A DNA stretch of 63,718 nucleotides, the filler included, from Octopus bimaculoides (lineage: Eukaryota), in NCBI RefSeq assembly GCF_001194135.2. It is 5 parts of 5 records of this genome, joined end to end, with 100 filler letters (N's around TTAATTAATTAA, not from the genome) between each part and the next. Parts side by side here need not be neighbours in the genome. Positions count along the whole stretch, not along the records: positions 46,688 to 57,618 come from NC_068998.1; positions 57,719 to 63,718 come from NC_068989.1; 3 more parts are not named here. One strand, given 5' to 3'. Below, in pieces: positions 51,545-63,718 of this stretch. Position numbers and translations under genes: made by a program. Under the pieces are notes generated by a model. That model searched no databases. It worked only from the letters and a program-made list of their open reading frames with translations, and had not been told where the DNA came from. The first letter of the stretch is position 1, and each line of letters begins with the position of its first letter.

Positions 51545-53009
51545 CTTTGTATATATAATATATACACGCAGATATATGTTATAAAAATTTAATTTTGCTG
51601 GCCACTTTATTAATTGCTAGAAATAGTGCTAACGCTCCAAAACCATATATATATATATATGTATATACAAAATCCCAAACTATCTATCAGCTGATCTTAT
51701 TGGTGTTATGGCCCTTTCTTCCTATTTTTAGATTTTAAACACACCTAAATGAATCTGTGTCTCCCAGTTGCTACGATAAGCTCAGTCAATCGAAAGTTTT
51801 CAATTCGCACGTCAGCCTTTACTCAAATTGAAATAACTTGGGTCGATACAAAACCGAATAAAATGCTTTGAAGAGGAGAAGAGATGTGCTGCGTAGGCAG
51901 CTATTGATCGCAAAAAAAAAAACAGAACAAAAAACCATGATCTGCACATCAGAAATAAAATTTCTCGCTGTAGATATAGTAAACCTTGATCGAAGGGACG
52001 TTAAATAAAGCTATTGTAGATGCAACGTCGTTTTTCCGATACTAGAGAAAAAAGCTTTGAATTCAAACTTATAAAGAAACATATACGACCTAAATAGTCC
52101 TACTTATTCGGCACATCAGTCCTCTCTGTTGTTAATTGTGTAAGTTACTGAAGTGTTTTATCAATAATATTGTTCAATAATTGGGGTCTGTCCCATGATT
52201 TACGAATACCGTTTAGGATAATATCAAATTGTATAGTTCAATCAGCAATATATTGAAGCAACACACAAAGGACTCCTCATTTGCCATAACAATATATTTA
52301 CTAATTTTCCTCCAGAGTCTCAATCCTATTAGTCACTCTCCTTTGATATTTATTGAATCTTAATCTATTTTGTCGTTACAGTTGTATTAATGTATAACTA
52401 ACAATATCGAGTTTCTCTTTACACACCATCATATTTGAAGTACAGATAAGGTGCCGGAGGTTTGTCAGCATGTACTAACAAACTTAATGGAATAAATTTC
52501 CCTGGTATTAATCTCACTAATCAACTAAAATGGGTACAGTAAACAGATAAATAAGTGTTCGTCATTACATTATGCTTATCAATGACATCTACTCTTAGTG
52601 CTATTCCTGTACTACAGTTTGCTCCAGAAAGTAGGACAGCAATCTGTGAAGATTGTTCACTTATTTCTTCAAAGATAAAAATATCTTTCAGATGAGGAAA
52701 TATGTGTATTTTTGTAAAAGAATTTCCTGTAACAACGAGACTGAATACATCGGCTAAATATACTTACATTTATACATGCATAAGTACATTCATACATGAA
52801 TGTATACATACATGAGGTCATATATACCTGAAAGATACATGCATACATACATTCATACATACATACATACATACATACATACATACATACATAGCACATT
52901 GCACCTAGACATGAAAATATATACATAAAAACGCATCCATAAAACAAACATACAAATCTGCGCATACACTAACACCAAATACTGCACACACACATATGCA
53001 CAAATACCT

Positions 53010-53700
53010 AGATGATGTTGATAAAAGTTCCAATGAAGATGCCTTGAATGTATGTTAGAGTCCGGCTCTTTCTCTATTGACAAGAAATACAGAAATGAAA
53101 CTGATTGATAACATACATACAGCTTCATAGCTATTATTATTGTCAGAACAGGATGCATAGCAACCCGTTTGGGGCAAAGTATAGCTGAACTTGGGATCTT
53201 GGGGAGGCGATGCAAATCCTCAATGCGACACATGATCACCATATTTGGGACTATAAAAATCTGCAAGACCTTCTAAAGAATTAAAGAATGATGGTTAAAA
53301 GAAGACACTTCACTTCAAAAGCTTGCTGCCAAGTAGATGGCTGATAAATATTTCCCCTAAAATTAAAAAGAGGAAAAGAACATACATACATACATACAGC
53401 TTCATAACTATTATTATTGTCAGAACAGGATGCATAGCAACCCATTTGGGGCAAAGTATTGCTGAACTTGGGATCTTGGGAGAAAGCATGCAAATCCTTA
53501 ATTCATATGCTACAAATGATCACAATATCTGGGACTATAAAAATCTGCAAAACCTTCTAAAGATTTAAAGAATGATGGATAAAAGAAGGCACTTTCCTTC
53601 ATAACCTTGCTACCAAGTAGATGGCCGGTAAATATTTCCTCTAAAATCAAAAATAGAAAAAGAACATACATACATAGATACATACATACATACATACATA
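53010..53700 (+). mobile_element. Two tandem RLE LINE 3' ends with (CATA)n tails
   Basis: YSFITIIIVRTGCIA..ELGI..LIHMLQMITISGTIKICKTF. The unit of about 275 bp is repeated at about 53106-53380 and 53381-53665. Confidence 0.7.
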
Positions 53701-54020
53701 GATGATGGCTCCAAGTCAATTTAAAGTAAGGCCATCGATTAATAGTTTGCTTAAACATGAGCAACATGGATGTAGCTCTTTAGTCCCTAACAGGACTTAC
53801 ACTCTTTTGTATAGATCTGGCAAGAGTGGGTGCTTTTGCAGTAATTGTTACAGTATTCATTTGGTGAACCTTCATATCATATCACTGTTCAGTCTGCATT
53901 TTAACGCAAATTCTTTTCCATGTCCCCTGAAAGTAGAGATACCGTATAATTTATAGTTAAGAACTTCCCTGTGTGCGTAGCTTCTCGGATGTTCTGTGAA
54001 GCGTGTACACACACACACAC

Positions 54021-54087
<67 letters not shown>

Positions 54088-54314
54088 ACATACAGTTTTT
54101 CTACCTTAACTGTAATAACTGTTCGTCTGTGGTGCCTGTTTTCGTACCACCTCTGTTCAGGCCCTCCTGTGATCTGTTGGGTCATCTGGAAAGTCTGAGT
54201 TTCCCAGCAACGGAGTCTTGTTTCGTGTTTTTTTCTTTTTCAGGTTATTTCGCATGCTTTCAACGAATGTGATATACAAATCATGCGTAAACGGCCCCTT
54301 TCCATGGAAAAGGA

Positions 54315-54418
54315 AAGATTTGGCTGCTATTTCTTGCACGCCCTGCTACCACGTAACAAGTATTTCGGGAACTTTATCGCAAATAGCTGTTACATGGTAG
54401 AAGTAGCAGCCAAATCTT
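54315..54418. repeat. Imperfect foldback hairpin
   Basis: AAGATTTGGCTGCTATTTCT..CTACCACGTAACA versus TGTTACATGGTAGAAGTAGCAGCCAAATCTT. Confidence 0.8.
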
Positions 54419-54630
54419 TGGAGCTGAGATACGTTGAATGCACTCGAAAAAATATTTGTAATAGTATTCCTTTTGGGCAATCTTTCGCATTGACTCTCCG
54501 AACTGTCATCCGAACCAGCTGGTTTTGTTCGTTAATTTCCGGAAATTTTTTTCTAGTTATTTACTTTTGTTTTAAAGTGAAAGATGTATGAACGTGTATA
54601 TGAAATGGACGTGTGTGTGTGTGAGAAAGG

Positions 54631-54663
<33 letters not shown>

Positions 54664-55521
54664 AGTGCCACTTACATATACATGAGAAAACACGTTCACT
54701 CACTCTCTTTCTCTCTCACATACACACATGCACACGTACATACAAAAAAGATGTACGCATATGTATTGATGTATGTACATATACATGACAACACATTCCT
54801 TCACCCACTCTCTCTCTTTTATCTCTCTCTCTCTCTCTTTTGTTATCTCTCTTCCTTTCTCTCTTACCTCTGTCTCTCTCTCTTTCACACACACAGGTCT
54901 ATTTCATATACACGTACATACATCATTCACTTTATCCTCTCTTTCACTTTAAAACAAATGTAAAGAAATAAAAAAAAATTACGGAAATTAACGAACTGCG
55001 GACCACATCTCTCAGAGTCAAAGCGAAAGATCGCCATTCACTTGAGAGTAATTAAAGAAAACATTAAAATATTGTCTGTTTATAAAAAGCTAAAATATAA
55101 ATACTTACTGTGCAAAAAAACTTACATTTTGGAAATCACATTCAGTTAAAAATATTTCCAAATGATTAAAATATTGTGTACATCAAAAAGTCGACATTTT
55201 TTCTTAGGGAGCCGAAGACTGTATGTGTGTATATGCCACAGATAGTGGAAGTGTGTTTGTGTTGGCAGATACGACGTGACATTCATTATATATGTGTGTA
55301 TTCTGTATGAGAGTATGTGTGTTGACGTCACGGAAATTATGTTTGTTTTCAAGAAATAAGAAACATGATTGTGTTTAATCGTTTTCATTAAATAGAGGTC
55401 CAAATATCACAAACATATGTACTGCACTGTCGAAGTTAAGTATGAAAATAAATATGGAAAAAAATTAAGATGAAATATACTGTTTCTGAGATATTTCAGG
55501 TACAAACAAACATATCCAGAG

Positions 55522-55553
<32 letters not shown>

Positions 55554-56656
55554 GTCAAAAAGAAAATGGAGGGGATACAAAAATGACATACATCAGCCTG
55601 TAGACATTCTGTTATGTCTATTTATTTCAAAACACATGCAAAGACTGTGTGCTACACAAATATATACTAGTAATACATAAAAAAATATTCTTATAATACT
55701 CCCTTTTGTTTTGTAAAAAATAGATATAATAGAATGTCTACCGGCTGATGTGTGTCTCCCCCATTTCTTTTTGCCGTATAAATTAAGGGTAAACCACTTT
55801 TTACCCCCGCCCATGTATGTCACTCGATTGCGAAATTGCCACGCAATAACCAGCACTTGGGTATTAATAATTGGGCACACTACCAGCAGTATATTGGATA
55901 GGTGCTATTTCTTAGTTGGTTGGCTTCCCAACCTCTAACTCTTACGGAAATATATATATATATATATACATACACGTATGTATGTATTATATCCTATATT
56001 TTATATTATATATGCATGTATGTGCATATATATATATATATTTATAAATACTCACATATCTCGCACTTAATCACTCCTTACCTTCTCATCTCTTCACACC
56101 ACTCCCCACACCTCTCCCATCCTCCCTTCACATTATCTTGACCACCAACTAAAGATCCTTTTCTCACTTCTTTCACCCTTTCTTCACTTTTTCACTTTTC
56201 ATGTTGTTCTCTTTTTCTTTCTCTCTTTTCTTTTTTTCTCTCTTTCTTCCTCACATTATCTCTTCCTGTTTTCATTTTGACCTATCTTCTCATTCTAATC
56301 ACACACATCTCTCTCCCCCCATCTTTCCAGGAATACTACCAATACATTCTCAAATTTTTCATTCACATCATAAGACCCTTTCGAATGAGCAACACAGAAT
56401 CCACGGTTCCATATTCTAAAATATCTAAACATGAACTACTATTGGAACTTACAAACCATGTACAGGAAATCTTTTACCACTTCTATACACCACTTTCCTC
56501 GAATAATGAAACTGCAACTATAATATCTTTATATATATTATATTTTATTTCTACTTTCATTCTCTTATTTCCCTCTATATTCCCTATCTCCTCCTTTTCC
56601 ATAATAATTCCTTATTTCCGACTCAAATATTTACCTCTATTTAACCATCTCATATT

Positions 56657-56704
56657 GTCTCCGATGAAGGGATATCCATAATATCCCAGAAACAGGTGTA
56701 AGAC
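56657..56704 (+). ncRNA. Type I hammerhead ribozyme motif with variant core
   Basis: GTCT CCGATGA A GGGATAT-CCATA-ATATCCC A GAAAC AGGT GTA AGAC. Confidence 0.65.
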
Positions 56705-56941
56705 TATACTTATATCTTTCACCTTATAAATGTCCTGAAAACTAATCACAGCATTTGGTTTTGTTATCTCATTTTGTTTAATGCATATATATATACATAC
56801 ATGTTATGTGCGTATAAATTTATANNNNNNNNNNNNNNNNNNNNNNNNNNNNNNNNNNNNNNNNNNNNNNNNNNNNNNNNNNNNNNNNNNNNNNNNNNNN
56901 NNNNNNNNNNNNNNNNNNNNNNNNNNNNNNATATATATATT

Positions 56942-56975
<34 letters not shown>

Positions 56976-57618
56976 CATGAATACACGTATACACACACAC
57001 ATATATTTTTATGTACATACATGTTAGTAAGAGCGGCGAACAGTGCCTTAATCAACACACGTACACACATACACACACACACACACATATGCATGCACAA
57101 AAACTAACAAATATATTTGTTCGAATCTTAATGGCTTTCTCCCTATGGTTTTCAGCAGGTTTGTGAAGTTTGCGCCTTTAGCAACAAAATACATTAAAGT
57201 TATTTTGTTTTTTCACTTCTCCAAGAATCACTAACTGTGAGAGAATAATAAGAAACAACGTAGCAAGTGACGAATATGAAAGGGATAAATACACTTAGTT
57301 ACATTGCCTTACATACTGAATAACCTTTTTGATGTTTTATTTGCTGATAAAGATCAAGTAGGATAGATTCGAAATCTGATCTTTTAGAGTGTTGACTAAT
57401 GACATCGTTTGGTTATATTTTGTATATTCAGTGTATGTGCTTAATAAACTTAACATCATTTTCTGTTTAACTGTTTGCGCATCATAACTATTTATATATT
57501 CACTTTTTCTCTCCCTCTCAAACTCTCTCGACATATTTGCTTTATGTATATATATAATGTATTTATGTGTGTGTGTGTGTGTGTGTGAGTGTATATATAT
57601 ATATATATATATATATAT

Positions 57619-57718
57619 NNNNNNNNNNNNNNNNNNNNNNNNNNNNNNNNNNNNNNNNNNNNTTAATTAATTAANNNNNNNNNNNNNNNNNNNNNNNNNN
57701 NNNNNNNNNNNNNNNNNN
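57619..57718. other. Scaffolding linker gap
   Basis: N44-TTAATTAATTAA-N44. Confidence 0.9.
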
Positions 57719-57958
57719 CGTTGTGAGTGTTTATTGACCGAAAACACCTAAAAGCTCCACGAGGCTCCGGTAATGGGTGATGGCGACCCCTGTTGTACTC
57801 TTTCGCCCCAACCTCTCACTCTTTCTTCCTGTTTCTTGAGTAACGCTGCGATGGACTGGCGTCCCGTCCAGTTGGGGAGAACTCATACGCCATAGAAACC
57901 GGGAAACCGGGCCCGTGAGCCTGGCTAGGCTTTGAAAGGGCGAAAAGAAAAAAAAAGA
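57719..57958 (+). mobile_element. SINE with V-domain-like core, 5' end lost in the gap
   Basis: GCTGCGATGGACTGGCGTCCCGTCCAG resembles the V-SINE central domain (from recall). A-rich tail. Confidence 0.6.
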
Positions 57959-58007
57959 GCTGCAATGTACATATGGACAATCTAGTTATTGTGAATCTAT
58001 GTTTGTG

Positions 58008-58038
<31 letters not shown>

Positions 58039-58159
58039 GAGTGCATGTTTGTACACTTGAATGTATGTATCATGAAAACGATTCAGAAGTTACTCGGAAG
58101 CATTAAGTCTTTTGCATAACGTTTCTCAAGAGCTATTAGAAAGGTTATGACTATCTAAA

Positions 58160-58203
<44 letters not shown>

Positions 58204-58969
58204 NNNNNNNNNNNNNNNNNNNNNNNNNNNNNNNNNNNNNNNNNNNNNNNNNNNNNNNNNNNNNNNNNNNNNNNNNNNNNNNNNNNNNNNNNNNNNNNNN
58301 NNNNNNNNNNNNNNNNNNNNNNNNNNNNNNNNNNNNNNNNNNNNNNNNNNNNNNNNNNNNNNNNNNNNNNNNNNNNNNNNNNNNNNNNNNNNNNNNNNNN
58401 NNNNNNNNNNNNNNNNNNNNNNNNNNNNNNNNNNNNNNNNNNNNNNNNNNNNNNNNNNNNNNNNNNNNNNNNNNNNNNNNNNNNNNNNNNNNNNNNNNNN
58501 NNNNNNNNNNNNNNNNNNNNNNNNNNNNNNNNNNNNNNNNNNNNNNNNNNNNNNNNNNNNNNNNNNNNNNNNNNNNNNNNNNNNNNNNNNNNNNNNNNNN
58601 NNNNNNNNNNNNNNNNNNNNNNNNNNNNNNNNNNNNNNNNNNNNNNNNNNNNNNNNNNNNNNNNNNNNNNNNNNNNNNNNNNNNNNNNNNNNNNNNNNNN
58701 NNNNNNNNNNNNNNNNNNNNNNNNNNNNNNNNNNNNNNNNNNNNNNNNNNNNNNNNNNNNNNNNNNNNNNNNNNNNNNNNNNNNNNNNNNNNNNNNNNNN
58801 NNNNNNNNNNNNNNNNNNNNNNNNNNNNNNNNNNNNNNNNNNNNNNNNNNNNNNNNNNNNNNNNNNNNNNNNNNNNNNNNNNNNNNNNNNNNNNNNNNNN
58901 NNNNNNNNNNNNNNNNNNNNNNNNNNNNNNNNNNNNNNNNNNNNNNNNNNNNNNNNNNNNNNNNNNNNN

Positions 58970-59003
<34 letters not shown>

Positions 59004-59009
59004 CACACG

Positions 59010-59041
<32 letters not shown>

Positions 59042-59159
59042 CATGTATATATATATTTTGTCTTGTTTGTAATCTCCATTCTATATCTATATAGACATAC
59101 ACACAGACCTCTCATACATGTGATCAAAGATCTCATCAACGTACTACCTCCTAATACGA

Positions 59160-59630
59160 TATGACTTTGACGCTAAAACAATATGAAACGCTATCTTCCC
59201 ACGAGAATAAATATCGAATGCATGCAGAACCATCATTGCAAAGAATAGTGATGGGGCGTTCCCATCAAAACGTCTACCAAGTGCAAATAGGTCAGATATT
59301 TTTTATTTAGGGCTGTAAGTTAATGTATACATCAGCATAAAGTTCAACAGCTCTGCTGGTGCGAATATTTCATCGAAAATCAAAGAGAAAGCGTTTAAAT
59401 TTGAAGAACTGCTGCAAAACCTTTAGCTTCTATTTCCAGATTATAAATTCATCTTTCTACCAATAATGGCAGTTGCGTTTGGTTTTTATTAGTAAATGCC
59501 TAAGTGACATTCTGAAAAGGCTAGGATTTTCAAAACAAGAAATCAGCCAACAAACAAGGACATTACAAATACAATCTGTAAAAGGAACAATAAATATATG
59601 CAAGATTGTTTTTCCTTTTTTTAATTACAA
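59160..59630 (+). mobile_element. RLE LINE C-terminal fragment
   Basis: NISSKIKEKAFKFEELLQNL*LLFPDYKFIFLPIMAVA..LQIQSVKGTINICK. Confidence 0.7.
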
Positions 59631-60005
59631 AATGTGATATTGTTTTACTATTTATATTCCAACGATAGAGCTTCGTATCTTTGTTAGAAACCAGCATCTT
59701 TCTTACAGAGGCACTTTATATAATTAAAAATGGGAGAGAATGTCCATATGCAAACACACACATATATTTATGTATGTGTGTTTGTACGTAAGTATGTATA
59801 TAAGTGTGTGTGTGTGTATACATGTATGTATATGTGTATGTATAGCTTTATATGTATGTACATACATGTAAATATGCATACATAGTTTATGTATGCGTTT
59901 GTATGTGTATATTTAACACAACATATATGTGCGTGGGTATTTATTTTCATATATATTTATGCGCCTTTTTCATTCACAGAAATACAGAAACACATTTACA
60001 CACAG

Positions 60006-60142
<137 letters not shown>

Positions 60143-60439
60143 TACACACATGAAACATTCTCCTCCCATTATCTTTGCTGTGTCTAACACTATTCAGCCC
60201 CATCCAGGTTTCGCACTAATAGCTAAGCTAATTTCTTCCTTTCCAAAACATCAACCCTGGAATTTTTTCAATTTGCCCATGTCTTTTCAACAGATTTTGA
60301 CTTAGAATAATTTTCGTGGAACATTAACGGCATCGCTCTTACTGTTTTAAAGGCCATGCGAAAACCGCGGGCACTGCCCCTAACTCCAGACCTAGGAAGT
60401 AACAAACAAAAAAATGCATACGAGACGACTAAAATTGTT

Positions 60440-61275
60440 TTACTTATTTATTTCATTAAAAAATCCAGTAGCAATCCAGAAATCTTGCCCAGCGTGTCTA
60501 TTGAAGGCAAATCTCTGAAAACAACTGATGCTTTCACACATTTAGGTTCTATAGTAACAAGTGATGCTAAACTGTATAAGGAGGTCAAAACTCGTATTGA
60601 AGAAACCAGTACAGCTTTTGGGAAGCTTTATGATCGACTTTGGAAGCTTTATGATCGACTTTGGAAGCTTTATGATCGACTTTGGAATGCTCCTGACGCC
60701 TCAGTAAGAACAAAAATAGACATGTATGAGATAGTTGCCGGAACATTTATTTTATAAATAGCGGAGAGCTGAACAACTTTCATATGAGATATCTAAGACA
60801 AATATGCAAGGTTAAGTGGGATGATAGAGTATTGAATAACACTGACCGGATATGTGTGGTATGCCTGGCAGAGAAGCTTTCTTAATCAAGTCTCAGATGC
60901 CTTTTATGGTCAGCTTGAAAATTCATTCCACTTATCCGGAATGAGGATCAATTCTAAGATAATTTGAAATGCCTGAATATTAGAAAAGAAAGCTTTGAGA
61001 ATCTTGTTATGTAGACAGCTTCAAAATTTTGTTACGGGAAAATAAGAAAATAAACCAACAGAACAACAGTCTTCCCGCAAACCACCATTGTCCACATCGT
61101 GATTTCTCGGCTACATCACGTGCTGGTTTAAGAAGTCATGCTCATATCAATATTGATCCAAGTAATGTAAATTACTTGTGTAGTGTTTGTAATCGTCGCT
61201 GCGAATCAATTGGTGGCCTCCTGAAGATTCCCATGAGAAGTCACCAAATAAAATCAATAAACTGTAAACATCGTT
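60440..61275 (+). mobile_element. RTE (BovB-like) LINE 3' fragment
   Basis: SIEGKSLKTTDAFTHLGSIVT..EVKTRIE..TAFGKLYDRLW..RTKIDMY; C-terminal CPH..SRAGLRSH..CSVCNRRC zinc-finger-like motifs. Confidence 0.85.
60621..60687. repeat. 21-bp tandem repeat x3 (in-frame KLYDRLW)
   Basis: Unit GGAAGCTTTATGATCGACTTT. Confidence 0.95.
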
Positions 61276-61606
61276 AAATGATAGTAATAATAATATGGGG
61301 GAATTGCTAATTGTCAATTTGTGTGTCAGTATCATTTTCTAGCAAGAGCAGCTTGCTTGATTTTCTGTTTCTGCTGTTATTACATGATTCCTTGATGGGC
61401 TTTATTCTCTACTTACTGAGTACTCATGTGTCATCCTCGACGGGAGATTCCATCACATGTGCGCGCGTGTGTGTGTGCATGTGCGTGTTAGTGTGTGTGT
61501 GTAAGTATGTGTTTGTGTGTGTGTGTCTGCGTGTAATGTATATGCACATGTGTATGTATGTGCGTATATATATATATATATGTATATCTATACTATAATG
61601 GAGGAA

Positions 61607-61684
61607 TTCCAACTACGTTTCGTGGTTCGCTACCTCAACAGCTCATTTATAGGATCCTGTAGCTAAAGACATCATCAGGAGGAA
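61607..61684 (-). ncRNA. Degenerate hammerhead motif with long stem II
   Basis: CTGATGA T GTCTTTAGCTAC..GTAGCGAACCAC GAAAC GTA. 9 of 12 stem II positions pair. Confidence 0.5.
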
Positions 61685-62184
61685 CCACGTCCGGTTTTGG
61701 CCCCTGCTCCTCTACCGTTTTCAACGTGGCACCCCCCACCCTTTTCGGAAGTGTCTTCAGCTCTGGTATGATGCGTTTCTTCTTTCTCCTTTTTTTCTTT
61801 TGTTCTTTGGTTGTTTTTTTTTTCCGATGCAGCGTCAACGAATGTCAGCGGGTAACTGACCATCCTGACAAATTTCCCTTTAAATACTCTCCGGTAGACT
61901 CCAGCAGNNNNNNNNNNNNNNNNNNNNNNNNNNNNNNNNNNNNNNNNNNNNNNCAACTGACCAATGGAGGGGAAGGGCGCGTAGTTTTACCCGCGCCCTC
62001 TCTAAACTTGCCTTCTAACAGTGTCGTGTTAGTTTCAGTTCCAGCAGCCAGAGCCGACCACTTGTTTGGCGGTACAAGCCTTCGAACCAGGAGGAGGGCG
62101 GCTATGGACGAGATCGCTACCTTGGCCTACCTGTCAATTAACGATACTGCTTAAGTGTCCACCTATCGACGCTATTTCCCAGTT

Positions 62185-63125
62185 GGTATGTTATGGCTTT
62201 CAAGCCATTTTGGGTCTTCTTGCTTCAGCCATATATAGAAGCTGGCTTTTCCGACTGATTCCTCTATCCTCATTACTTTTCTCAGCTCTGAGCTCGAAAA
62301 TGCAAACCTTCTTTTAAATAACTGGGGGCTAGAGGCTTTCAATGAAGCCTCTAGCCCCCACTGCCAGGTGGTAATACTCGACAGTCCATCCCTATCCTCC
62401 GCACTCTTAGATTAATCTCTCCCACCTCTTCTCCTGCCGTTGCTCTGCATTAGCGATGTTCTCTTCCCACGGCACTGTCAGGTCTAGCTTAGGATTAAAT
62501 CCGGTCTTTTTGTTGTTTTTATGAGTGGAAATATTAACAGTCTTTCCAAATCCGAGGCCAGCTCCCAGAATCCCTTGCATCCTTCGTCTGTCTCCTATAT
62601 TTTACTTGAAGGCCTGGCCTTATATCATTTTCCCTCCTTCTGGAAGTATATTTTTCCATGCTTTTCTGCTTTAGGGTATTCTACCCTATTATATCCCTTG
62701 AGTGCTGCACTTATGACACCGAGGACTTGATTGTGACGCCTTGTATATCTGTCTAGTGTTAACCTGCAGTTTGGCAGAACATGTCCCGCCGTCGCTTTCT
62801 CTCCGCATCTATGTTCATCAGTTGTTTGTATCTTCCACCAGACTAAATTCGCCGGTGAAGATAAAACGTCGAAGGTAAACTTGAACAGGAAGAATGTTCT
62901 TGCTTGTTCCCAAGCCCAAAGTTCCTTCTATGGGATTCTGCGACTAACTACATATTCCTCCCATCTCAGACACTCACTGTCCCTGTTGACTACATTGCAC
63001 CAAATGTACATTTCGCCTTTCTTTTTCCTCCTTTCTCACATCGTGTACCACTGACTCTTTCATCTCTTTTACACTGCTCATGGAAAATGGCTTGAAATTG
63101 TACATACTTCCTAGATTACCCGCCC
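62185..63125 (-). mobile_element. RLE LINE (HERO/NeSL-like) C-terminal half
   Basis: NVHLVQCSQQGQ..LRWEE..ELWAWEQAR..FDVLSSPANLV..LTVPWEENIANAE..GWTVEYYHLAVGARGF. Confidence 0.85.
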
Positions 63126-63494
63126 CACCGATATGACTCGCTTTATTTTTTATTTTTTTATTTTTTATTTTATTTTATTTTTTATTTTATTTTATTTTAA
63201 GTTTTATTTTTATTTTAAGTTTATTCTTACTTTTTTACTTTTTTACTTTTTTACATGAATATCTGTGTATGTCTTTTTATTGTATTGTATTGTTCTTAAC
63301 CACCAACTTAACACTACACACTGAATCGTGGCAAGGTATGGAAGGTTTTCGGAAGACCGGAGAGATTATGTCTGGGTGGAGAATTATACGAGGTCTAGTA
63401 CTATACAGAATACCGAAAGGATCTTCACCTCTTACATCACACCTTTCTTCCTACTTCAACGCCGAGGTGGTATAATTTCCTGGGAGAGGAATAA

Positions 63495-63581
63495 TTTTGC
63501 GACTGAGGATAGCTTTACAATGTAAATTATACACATATTATATTATACACATGTAAAGCTTGAAACACGTGTACCGCGGAA
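63495..63581 (+). ncRNA. Type I hammerhead ribozyme motif
   Basis: TTTTGCGA CTGAGGA T AGCTTTACA..TGTAAAGCT T GAAAC ACGT GTA CCGCGGAA. 9-bp stem II and a palindromic stem III. Confidence 0.65.
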
Positions 63582-63718
63582 TCCTTTGTAGTTTTGTTGT
63601 TATTTTTTGGATTTACAATTTATATATATATATATATATATATATAGGTGAGAAAGTTGGTATGTATAAAAGATAATAAGAGTGAAAAAACTACAGAAGG
63701 CTTGTGTTACAAGGTTAA

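Noticed and set aside
53323-53568. Apparent terminal exon of a host gene
   Set aside because: Better explained as a frameshifted RLE LINE C-terminus.
53901-54185. Two-exon minus-strand model MTQQITGG..VK|NIREATHTGKFLTINYT
   Set aside because: Weak donor sites, the intron is mostly (TG)n, and there is no recognisable homology.
901-59139. Long ORFs of 250-450 aa in the track
   Set aside because: They are read-through of N gaps and (TA)n/(CA)n tracts and contain no real coding sequence.
59660-59715. Minus-strand hammerhead-like remnant
   Set aside because: Both core motifs are disrupted.

Overview
Repeat-dominated, gapped scaffold from an AT-rich animal genome. The SINE/LINE families and microsatellite load point to an octopus; that is an inference from recalled repeat families, not a database search. 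I found no recognisable host protein-coding gene, rRNA, tRNA gene or CRISPR array, and all long ORFs in the track are artefacts of N-runs and microsatellites. The window holds decayed RTE LINEs, restriction-like-endonuclease (RLE) LINEs sitting in (AAT)n and (CATA)n, Penelope-like elements, mariner/maT DNA transposons and MITEs, Helitron pieces, a solo-LTR-like insert and several tRNA-derived SINE families. Four 100-bp TTAATTAATTAA linker gaps split it into five blocks. The most notable patterns are: six type I hammerhead-ribozyme motifs (one inside a perfect 89-bp inverted repeat); a TIR element centred on a palindromic telomere-repeat junction; a tandemly duplicated 24-bp hairpin in a CpG-depleted block; and ~40-bp duplications at LINE 5' junctions.
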